Shown here piece after piece: positions 56,622-64,000 of a stretch of 64,000 nucleotides of DNA. This DNA comes from an uncultured Chloroflexia bacterium. GTDB lineage: Bacteria > Chloroflexota > Limnocylindria > QHBO01. The DNA is taken from assembly GCA_963814375.1 (NCBI GenBank), contig CAWFCQ010000007.1, positions 192,001 to 256,000 on the forward strand, in the 5' to 3' direction. Under the pieces are notes generated by a model, which did no database searches, had not been told where the DNA came from, and was given only the letters and a program-made list of their open reading frames with translations. Every line of letters starts with the position of its first letter. The stretch's first letter is position 1. The translations under genes and the position numbers were made by a program.

Positions 56622-58328
56622 ATGACCACGCTCGATCGACCCCCGGCCGCGATCGGTTCCGACCGTCCCTGGATCGCCCACTACGAGGCCGGTGTGCCGG
56701 CCGAGGTCGAGCTGCCCGACGTGCCGGTCGACCAGCTCCTGCGCCGCACGGCCCAGCGACAGCCGGACCGGACGGCATTGATCTTCTTCGGGCGCAGGAC
56801 CTCGTTCGCCGAGCTCGACCGGGCCGCCGATCGGTTCGCCAACGTGCTCGCCGGGGAGGGCGTCGGCAAGGGCGACCGCGTCAGCCTGCATCTTCCGACC
56901 AGCCCCGCCTTCGTTATCGCCTTCATGGGCGCGATGCGGGCCGGCGCCATCGCCGTGCCGATGAACCCGCTCTACGTCGAGCGCGAGCTGGGCGTGCTGT
57001 TCGAGCAGGTGAAGCCCAAGGTGTCGGTCACCATCGACCTCCTCCTCCCGCGCCTCGACAAGGTCCGAGCAGCCGACGGCGGACAGCCGGGCCGCTACAT
57101 CACGACCGGCATCCAGGACTCGCTGCCGGTGCCCATCAAGTGGCTCTATCCGATCAAGGCACGGCGCGAGGGCCGCTGGAATCCGGCCAAGCACACCGAC
57201 GCCACGCCGAACCTCTTCCGCCTCCTTGCCGATGCGCCCGGCGCGCGCTTCGAGTCGCTGGCTGCACCCGACGACATCGCGGTGCTCCAGCCGACCGGAG
57301 GCACGACCGGCATCCCGAAATGCGCGATGCTCACCCATCGCAATCTCGTCGCCAACGCGCACCAGGTTGCCGCCTGGTTCCCGAGCATGGCCGATACGGA
57401 CGAGCCGGCGTCGATCCTCTGCCCGCTGCCCCTCTTCCACATCTACGGGCTGACCGTCGACATGAACTACGCCATGCTCGTCGGAGGCACGCTGATCCTC
57501 ATTCCCCGCTTCGATCCCGAGATGGTCCTCAAGGCCACGAAGCACCGGCCGCGGCTCTTCCCCGGCGCGCCGATCATGTACCAGACGCTGGCCCACCACC
57601 CCGAGGTCGGCAAGTTCGACCTCTCCAGCATCGAGGCCTGCATCAGCGGCGCGGCACCCCTGCCGCCGGAGGTGCAGCGCGACTTCGAGGAGGTCACCGG
57701 CGGCCGCGTGGTCGAGGGCTACGGCCTGACCGAGGCCTCGCCGGTCACGCACTGCAACCCGGTGCACGGCGAGCGGCGCAACGGCACGATCGGGCTGCCC
57801 TTCCCCTCGACCGATGCGCGAGTCGTCGACCCGGATACTGGCGCGGCCCTCCCCGTCGGCGAGGTCGGCGAGCTTGCCATCAAGGGGCCGCAGGTGATGG
57901 CCGGGTACTGGGAGCGCCCCGAGGAGACCGCCGTGGCGCTGCGCGACGGATGGCTCCACACCGGCGACATGGCCCAGATGAGCGATGACGGCTTCTTCAC
58001 GATCGTCGACCGCGCCAAGGACCTCGTCATCGTCGGCGGCATCAACGTTTACCCGCGCGAGGTCGAGGAGGTGCTGCTCACCCATCCGGCCGTCGCCGAT
58101 GCCGCGGTCATCGGCGTCCCCGATGAGCGGCGCGGCGAGGTCCCGTACGCGTTCGTCGTGCTGGAGGCGGACGCATCGGCCAGCGAGGAGGAGCTGCTGG
58201 ACCACTGTCGCGAGAACCTGGCCCGGTTCAAGGTGCCGTGCAACGTCGAGTTCCGTGACGAGCTGCCGAAGACGATGATCGGCAAGGTCCTGCGCAAGGA
58301 CCTGCGCGCCGAGCTGGAGTCGCGCTAG
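56622..58328 (+). CDS. fadD: Long-chain fatty acid--CoA ligase
   Basis: TGGTTGIPK, EGYGLTE, GWLHTGD, NVYPREVEE, LPKTMIGK. Confidence 0.9.
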   Translation: MTTLDRPPAAIGSDRPWIAHYEAGVPAEVELPDVPVDQLLRRTAQRQPDRTALIFFGRRTSFAELDRAADRFANVLAGEGVGKGDRVSLHLPTSPAFVIAFMGAMRAGAIAVPMNPLYVERELGVLFEQVKPKVSVTIDLLLPRLDKVRAADGGQPGRYITTGIQDSLPVPIKWLYPIKARREGRWNPAKHTDATPNLFRLLADAPGARFESLAAPDDIAVLQPTGGTTGIPKCAMLTHRNLVANAHQVAAWFPSMADTDEPASILCPLPLFHIYGLTVDMNYAMLVGGTLILIPRFDPEMVLKATKHRPRLFPGAPIMYQTLAHHPEVGKFDLSSIEACISGAAPLPPEVQRDFEEVTGGRVVEGYGLTEASPVTHCNPVHGERRNGTIGLPFPSTDARVVDPDTGAALPVGEVGELAIKGPQVMAGYWERPEETAVALRDGWLHTGDMAQMSDDGFFTIVDRAKDLVIVGGINVYPREVEEVLLTHPAVADAAVIGVPDERRGEVPYAFVVLEADASASEEELLDHCRENLARFKVPCNVEFRDELPKTMIGKVLRKDLRAELESR

Positions 58329-58846
58329 CCGTCCTCGGCGACGCGAGCCCGAGCGATCCAGCGATCGGCGGCCCACGTGGCGAGCGCCCATACCTGGCTC
58401 ACCACGAGGGCCGAGGCTGCCATGAACGCGACCGCCGGCAGCGCGCGGAAGCCGATCATCGCGCCGGCCATGACGAGCGTCGAGGCGAAGATCAGGAACA
58501 GGATCGCGCCGAGCATGACGAGCGCGATCTTCGCGGCCGTCAGCATGAACCATGCGAGCGAGTGGTTCTGGGCACGTCCCGCGAGCCACAGGACGCACGG
58601 CCCGGAGGCCCCCGCCAGCGACGTGTAGATCCCGAAGCCCCCGAACAGAGCGCCGGCCCCGAGGCGCTCGCCGGTGGCGAACCAGATGAAGAGCCACGCC
58701 GCCAACAGCGTCGAGAGCGCACCGACCCCGATCAGCCAGATGAGCAGCAGCGTGGCCGTGCCGCCGGAGAGGCGCTCGACGAGCTCGCCGTCCTCGGTCT
58801 CGACCAGCTCGGTCGGGCCGTCCTCGCGAGGATGCTCGTCAGTCAC
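58325..58846 (-). CDS. Hypothetical 4-TM membrane protein
   Basis: GTG overlapping the end of metB, acidic N-terminus, four hydrophobic segments. Confidence 0.7.
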   Translation of the reverse strand: MTDEHPREDGPTELVETEDGELVERLSGGTATLLLIWLIGVGALSTLLAAWLFIWFATGERLGAGALFGGFGIYTSLAGASGPCVLWLAGRAQNHSLAWFMLTAAKIALVMLGAILFLIFASTLVMAGAMIGFRALPAVAFMAASALVVSQVWALATWAADRWIARARVAEDG

Positions 58847-59996
58847 CGCTGATTGACGCGAAGGCCGATGCGAGATCCGCCTGGAGATCGTCGACCGACT
58901 CGATCCCGACCGAGAGTCGCACCAGCGACGGCGATACCGCCAGGGGCGAGTCTGCGACCGAGGCATGCGTCATCGGCGCCGGCAACTCGATCAGCGACTC
59001 GACCGCGCCGAGCGATTCGGCCAGCGTGAAGAGGCGCGTGGCACCCACGAAACGGCGCGCTGCCGCTTCGTCGCCGCGCAGCTCGACGCTCAGCATGGCG
59101 CCGGGAAGCCGCATCTGGCGCGCGACGAGATCCGCGGCCGGATGGTCGGGCAGCCCGGGATAGTTGACGGTCGCCACCTCGGGACGCTCGCACAGCCACA
59201 GGGCCAGGATCAGCGCATTCGCCGATGCGCGCTCCATGCGCAGCGCCAGCGTGCGCAGGCCGCGCAGCACCAGGAAGCAGTCGAACGGGCTCGGCACGGC
59301 ACCGGCCGCGTTCTGGTGGAAGCGCAGGCGCTCGGCGAGTGCGTCGGAGCGCGTGGCGATCAGCCCACCGATGACGTCGGAATGGCCGCCGAGATACTTC
59401 GTCGCCGAGTGCAGGACGAGATCGGCGCCAAGCTCCAGCGGCCGCTGGAGGTAGGGCGTCGCGAACGTGTTGTCGACAACCGTCGTCGCGCCGGCCGTGG
59501 CCGCCAGGCGGGCCACCGCGCTGATGTCGATGACCTTCATCAATGGGTTGGACGGCGTCTCGATCCAGACCACCTTCGGCGGGCGATCGCCGCCGAAGGC
59601 GGTTGCCACTGCGTCGAGGTCGCGCAGGTCGATCGCATCGGTCTCGATCCCGTAGCGGCGCCAGACCTTGTCCGCCAGGCGCCACGTGCCGCCGTAGACG
59701 TCGTCGCTCATGAGGAGGCGGTCACCCGGCTCGAGCAGGAAGCCGATGCCCTGGGTGGCCGCCAGGCCGGACGCGAAGGCGACGCCGTGGGTCGCATTCT
59801 CGAGCGTCGCGATCGCCTCCTCGAGGGCGGCGCGTGTCGGATTGCCGCTGCGCCCGTACTCGAAGCCGCCGCGCAGGCCACCCACGCCATCCTGCTTGAA
59901 GGTGGTGCTCATCTGGATGGCCGGGACCACGGCGCCGGTGTGCGGGTCCGGCTCGCCCCCGGCGTGGACGGCGAGCGTCTCGAATCGGTCGGTCAT
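58839..59996 (-). CDS. metB: Cystathionine gamma-synthase/gamma-lyase
   Basis: TGAVVPAI.MSTTFKQ, YGRSGNPTR, ETPSNP, VDNTFATP, HSATKYLGGHSD, AESLG. Confidence 0.9.
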   Translation of the reverse strand: MTDRFETLAVHAGGEPDPHTGAVVPAIQMSTTFKQDGVGGLRGGFEYGRSGNPTRAALEEAIATLENATHGVAFASGLAATQGIGFLLEPGDRLLMSDDVYGGTWRLADKVWRRYGIETDAIDLRDLDAVATAFGGDRPPKVVWIETPSNPLMKVIDISAVARLAATAGATTVVDNTFATPYLQRPLELGADLVLHSATKYLGGHSDVIGGLIATRSDALAERLRFHQNAAGAVPSPFDCFLVLRGLRTLALRMERASANALILALWLCERPEVATVNYPGLPDHPAADLVARQMRLPGAMLSVELRGDEAAARRFVGATRLFTLAESLGAVESLIELPAPMTHASVADSPLAVSPSLVRLSVGIESVDDLQADLASAFASISGD

Positions 59997-60056
59997 GGGC
60001 GCCCATTCTTGCACGGTCGCGCCGGACGGCTTGCTGGCCGTGGCATGATCGCGGCC

Positions 60057-60707
60057 ATGACCGCACGCGCCGAGCCTCGCTTCGCCAGCGGCCTGCTGAT
60101 GCTGGCCGATATCAGCGGCTACACGTCCTTTCTGCAGGGCGTGACGGAGGCACACCCCGAGCTGACGAGCGGCGTGGAGCCGGTGCCACCGGCGTACGAC
60201 TTCATGGTCACCCTGCTCGACCTCGTCGCGGACGAGATGCAGCCAATGTTCACGCCGGTGCAGACCGAGGGTGACGCCCTCTTCGCGGTGGCCGATGCCG
60301 ACGCAGTGACGAACCGCGGCAGCGAGGTGCTCGGCACGATCGGAGCGACCTACACCTCATATCACGCCCGCATCGAGGAGCAGCAGCGAATGCAGGGCCA
60401 CGATTGCACCGCCTGCGTGCTTCTCACGTCGCTGGAGCTGAAGTTCATCGTCCACGCCGGCACCTATGTCGTTCAGCCACTGGCGACGCGGACGCACCTG
60501 GCCGGCCCAGCCGTCATCCTCGCGCACCGGCTGCTCAAGAACCGGGTGACCGATGAGACGGGGTTGCGGGGCTACGTCCTGATCACCGACGCCGCCCGGG
60601 AGCTGCTCGGCATGGATGCCGCGGCGGGCGCCAGTCACATCGAGGCGTATGACGACTCCGGCTCCGTGAGCGGCATCGTGCTCGGCCTCCCGACGCCGGT
60701 GAGCTGA
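60057..60707 (+). CDS. DUF2652-like nucleotide-cyclase-fold protein
   Basis: ADISGYTSF, EGDALF, CxxC, LKFIVH.G, VILAHRLLKN. Confidence 0.8.
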   Translation: MTARAEPRFASGLLMLADISGYTSFLQGVTEAHPELTSGVEPVPPAYDFMVTLLDLVADEMQPMFTPVQTEGDALFAVADADAVTNRGSEVLGTIGATYTSYHARIEEQQRMQGHDCTACVLLTSLELKFIVHAGTYVVQPLATRTHLAGPAVILAHRLLKNRVTDETGLRGYVLITDAARELLGMDAAAGASHIEAYDDSGSVSGIVLGLPTPVS

Positions 60708-60711
60708 GAGC

Positions 60712-61143
60712 TCAGCCGGCCGGCGCCTCGGGCACGACCGGTTCCTGCTCGGATGCCTGGGGCTGGTCGTCTGTCTGGAAGCGGCGCCACGCATCAATGG
60801 CCAGCCAGATCGCGATGAGCAGCACGATGAACCCGTTCACCGGGTGCAGCGCGGCGATCGCCGGAACCGAGTCGCGCTGGAAGACCAGCACCGACTGCAG
60901 GATGAACTGGCCGAACATGACCGCCGCCGCGATCACCTCCCAGCGGCCGAAGCCGCCGACGATGCCGGTGACGATCAGCACGAACGGCAGCAAGGTCAGC
61001 AGGTAACCGAAGTCGCGGTGCGTGGTGAAGCTGGACGGGGTGTCGAAGACGCCCATGCCCGCCAGGAAGACCTGGACGAACAGGCCGAAGACGAGGAGCC
61101 AGGCGACGACGAGGTGGATCGGGCGCGCGATGCGTCTGGCCAT
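60712..61143 (-). CDS. Small 4-TM membrane protein (DUF6220-like)
   Basis: VQVFLAG, H..FG, LQS, AALHPVNG; GGAGG RBS. Confidence 0.75.
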   Translation of the reverse strand: MARRIARPIHLVVAWLLVFGLFVQVFLAGMGVFDTPSSFTTHRDFGYLLTLLPFVLIVTGIVGGFGRWEVIAAAVMFGQFILQSVLVFQRDSVPAIAALHPVNGFIVLLIAIWLAIDAWRRFQTDDQPQASEQEPVVPEAPAG

Positions 61144-61171
61144 CGGGGTCCCTCCGTGATTGTGCGGCGGA

Positions 61172-61187
61172 GTATATACGTATATAC
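61172..61187. promoter_or_regulatory. Perfect 16-bp palindrome over the -10 of the DUF6220-like gene
   Basis: GTATATACGTATATAC, AT-rich in a very GC-rich background; minus-strand TATACT overlaps it. Confidence 0.65.
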
Positions 61188-61203
61188 GTTCGCGCCGTGA
61201 CTG

Positions 61204-62748
61204 CTATCGGGTCCGCGGGAACCCCAGGTCCACTGACGAGGTCCCGGGGTCGGGCCAGCGCGCGGTAACGACCTTGCCACGGGTATAGAACTGGATGCCT
61301 TCCGGCCCGTACATGTGCAGATCGCCGAAGAGCGACGCCTTCCAGCCGCCGAAGCTGTAGTAGGCCACCGGCACCGGGATCGGCACGTTGATGCCGACCA
61401 TGCCGACGTTGACGTCGAACTGGTATTGGCGCGCCGCACCACCATCGCGGGTGAAGATCGCGGTGCCGTTGCCGTACTGGTTGTCGTTGACGATCTTCAG
61501 CGCCTCGGGATAGTCGTGTGTGCGGACGACCTCGAGCACCGGGCCGAAGATCTCGTTCTGGTAGCACTCCATGTCGGGCGTGACGTGGTCGAGGAGGCTG
61601 ACGCCAAGGAAGAAGCCGTCGCTCTCGCCGTACAGGACGTGCTGGCGCCCATCGGCGCGGACGGTGGCGCCGTGGCTGGCGGCATGCTCGACGTAGGAGG
61701 CGACCTTGTCGCGGTGCTCCTTCGTGATGAGCGGACCCATCTCGGAGCCCTCTTCGTTGCCCGGGCCGATCTTGATCTTCGGCAGCCGCTCCTCGATGGC
61801 GCTGACCAGCGGATCGGCCACGTCGCCCACCGCGACGACCACCGAGATCGCCATGCAGCGCTCGCCGGCGGAGCCGTACGCGGCGGAGACGGCGGCATCG
61901 GCGGCCATGTCGATGTCGGCGTCCGGCAGCACGATCATGTGGTTCTTCGCGCCGCCCAGCGCCTGGACGCGCTTGCCGTGCGCGGTTCCCGTCTCGTAGA
62001 TGTACTTCGCGATCGGGGTCGAGCCGACGAAGCTGACGGCGGCGATGTCGGGGTGCTCGAGGATGCGGTCGACCGCGACCTTGTCGCCGTGGACGACGTT
62101 GAAGACGCCGTCCGGCAGCCCCGCCTCCTTGAGCAGCTCGGCGAGATAGACCGATGCGGACGGGTCCTTCTCGGAGGGCTTCAGGATGAACGTGTTCCCG
62201 CAGGCGATGGCGTTGGCGAACATCCACATCGGCACCATGGCCGGGAAGTTGAATGGCGTGATGCCTGCCGCCACGCCGAGCGGCTGGCGGATCTGGTACA
62301 CGTCGATGCCGCTCGAGACCTGCTCGCTGAAGCCACCCTTGAGCAGGTGCGGGATGCCGGTCGCGAACTCGAGGTTCTCGAGGCCGCGGGCGACCTCGCC
62401 CAGCGCATCGGTTCTGACCTTTCCGTGCTCCCGGGTCAGGTGCGCCGCGATCTCCTCGCGATGCTGCTCGACCAGGTTCCGGATGCGGAAGAGGATCTCG
62501 GTGCGCTTGCTGATGCTGGTGGCGCGCCATCCCGTGAACGCCTCATGGGCGACCTTGACGGCAGCGTCGACCTCCTCGGCCGATGCGAAGTCGACCTGTC
62601 GCGCGACCTGGCCGGTGGCCGGGTTGTAGACCGGTCCGCTGCGGCCACTCGAGCCCGCGACCCGCTGCCCGTTGATCCAGTGGTTGACCCGCTCCAGCCC
62701 GGCCTCGTCGCCCCGCTCGGCGGCCGGCGGCTCCGCGACGTGCGTCAT
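61204..62748 (-). CDS. mmsA: CoA-acylating methylmalonate-semialdehyde dehydrogenase
   Basis: ITPFNFPAMVP, KPSEKDP, FVGST, GGAKNH, AGERCMA, GINVPIPVP; GAGGAG RBS before ATG 62748. Confidence 0.93.
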   Translation of the reverse strand: MTHVAEPPAAERGDEAGLERVNHWINGQRVAGSSGRSGPVYNPATGQVARQVDFASAEEVDAAVKVAHEAFTGWRATSISKRTEILFRIRNLVEQHREEIAAHLTREHGKVRTDALGEVARGLENLEFATGIPHLLKGGFSEQVSSGIDVYQIRQPLGVAAGITPFNFPAMVPMWMFANAIACGNTFILKPSEKDPSASVYLAELLKEAGLPDGVFNVVHGDKVAVDRILEHPDIAAVSFVGSTPIAKYIYETGTAHGKRVQALGGAKNHMIVLPDADIDMAADAAVSAAYGSAGERCMAISVVVAVGDVADPLVSAIEERLPKIKIGPGNEEGSEMGPLITKEHRDKVASYVEHAASHGATVRADGRQHVLYGESDGFFLGVSLLDHVTPDMECYQNEIFGPVLEVVRTHDYPEALKIVNDNQYGNGTAIFTRDGGAARQYQFDVNVGMVGINVPIPVPVAYYSFGGWKASLFGDLHMYGPEGIQFYTRGKVVTARWPDPGTSSVDLGFPRTR

Positions 62749-63038
62749 GTGCTCCTCGATTGCGTGCGTCGGTGTCAGCTCTTCAGCGCCCAACGATACT
62801 CCCCATGCCCACGAGCGCGTCAGCGTACCGCGGTTGGGTGGACACGCCAGCACGGCCGCGCGAGCTCTTCGCGACGATCCGATCGGAGACGCTGACGCGG
62901 CGCTATGGATGGAGGCGGCCGACGGGTCAGCCGGCGGTCGCGCACGCCGGCGGACGCGACTCAGACGGGACCGAGGCGCTACGCACCGCGATCGCTGGGT
63001 GTCCGGCGGACGCAGCGACGCCGGCAGCGATCGGAGGC

Positions 63039-64000
63039 TCAGCCGGCCGACGTCCGCGGGATCCGGTCACCGCGCAGCACGACGTCGGCGCGGGTCGACC
63101 GCCAGTCGTAGTCGGCGGCGCCCTCGTCGGCGCCGAGAAGGCCCTGGGATCGCAGCCATTCGTCGCTGTACAGCTTGCCGACGTAGTTCCGGCCCGAGTC
63201 CGGCATGAGGACCACCATGAGCGACTCGGGATCGTCGAGGTCCCGCGCGAGCTGGAGCGCCGCCCACAGCGCCGTCCCGCACGACTCCCCCATCAGGATG
63301 CCCTCGCGCGCGGTGGCGACCCGCGCGGTGAGCATCGAGTCGCGATCGGAGACGCGGATGACGACGTCGCAGATGCCGGCGTCGTAGGTGACCGGCCAGA
63401 AGTCCTCGCCGATGCCCTCGGTCAGGTACGGCTTCGGCGAGTCACCGGAGTAGACCGATCCGGCCGGATCGGCGCCGACGACCTGGACCGCCGGGTTGCG
63501 CTCCTTGAGGTATCGGCCGGTGCCGGAGACGGTCCCACCCGTTCCGAGCGCCACGACGAAGTGCGTGACGCGACCGCCGGTCGCCTCCCAGATCTCCGGC
63601 CCGGTGGTGAGGTAATGGGCCTCGGGATTGGCCGGGTTCGAATACTGATCGGGCTTCCACGCGCCGGGCGTCTCCCGCGCGATGCGGTCCGAGACGCGGT
63701 AGTAGGAGCGCTCGTCGTCGGGCGCGACGTCGGTGGGGCAGACCACCACCTCGGCGCCGTAGGCGCGCAGCAGGGCGCGCTTCTCCTCCGACTGCTTGTC
63801 GGCCATGACGAAGATGCACCGATAGCCCTTCACGGCGGCCGCCTGAGCCAGCCCGACGCCGGTGTTGCCCGAGGTCGGCTCGACGATGACGCCGCCCGGC
63901 TTCAAGAGGCCCGCCCGCTCCGCCGCCTCGATCATCGGCAGCGCGATCCGGTCCTTCACCGATCCGCCGGGGTTGAGGTGCTCCAGCTTGGCGACGATGC
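63039..64000 (-). CDS. Cystathionine beta-synthase / cysteine synthase family (5' end outside the window)
   Basis: AKLEHLNPGGSVKDR, EPTSGNTG, DQYSNPANP, GTGGT, EGIGEDF, PDSGRNY; no C-terminal CBS domains. Confidence 0.88.
   Translation of the reverse strand, partial: IVAKLEHLNPGGSVKDRIALPMIEAAERAGLLKPGGVIVEPTSGNTGVGLAQAAAVKGYRCIFVMADKQSEEKRALLRAYGAEVVVCPTDVAPDDERSYYRVSDRIARETPGAWKPDQYSNPANPEAHYLTTGPEIWEATGGRVTHFVVALGTGGTVSGTGRYLKERNPAVQVVGADPAGSVYSGDSPKPYLTEGIGEDFWPVTYDAGICDVVIRVSDRDSMLTARVATAREGILMGESCGTALWAALQLARDLDDPESLMVVLMPDSGRNYVGKLYSDEWLRSQGLLGADEGAADYDWRSTRADVVLRGDRIPRTSAG

Overview
Very GC-rich bacterial chromosomal DNA with dense housekeeping content. It looks like Chloroflexota (possibly Limnocylindria) or an actinobacteria-like lineage; the taxonomy is inference only. 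Recognisable genes: pxpABC, kgd/sucA, thrB, thrC, an aspartate kinase, mgtE, tag, an ABC-F protein, mutY, gltX, upp, mdh-gltA, a TetR-led beta-oxidation operon (fadN/fadA/fadE/fadD-like), metB, mmsA and a partial cystathionine beta-synthase. I found no rRNA, tRNA, CRISPR array, transposase or prophage. About ten genes are broken by single +1 insertions, which points to long-read assembly error. The most interesting signal is a signalling module at 12.1-20.2 kb. It comprises a 1711-aa soluble kinase (7 GAF, 2 PAS, HisKA_3), a response regulator fusing a degenerate nucleotide cyclase to REC and LuxR-HTH domains, and a stand-alone REC protein. A 15-bp motif (GGCCGAATGACGTAG) recurs near-identically at four promoter regions and weakly at a fifth, defining a candidate regulon of small uncharacterised genes. 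Other notable features: two unannotated paralogous small genes in front of a STAND adenylate cyclase, tandem perfect DnaA boxes with no dnaA in the window, pervasive leaderless gene starts, and a cysteine-free peroxiredoxin-like protein.
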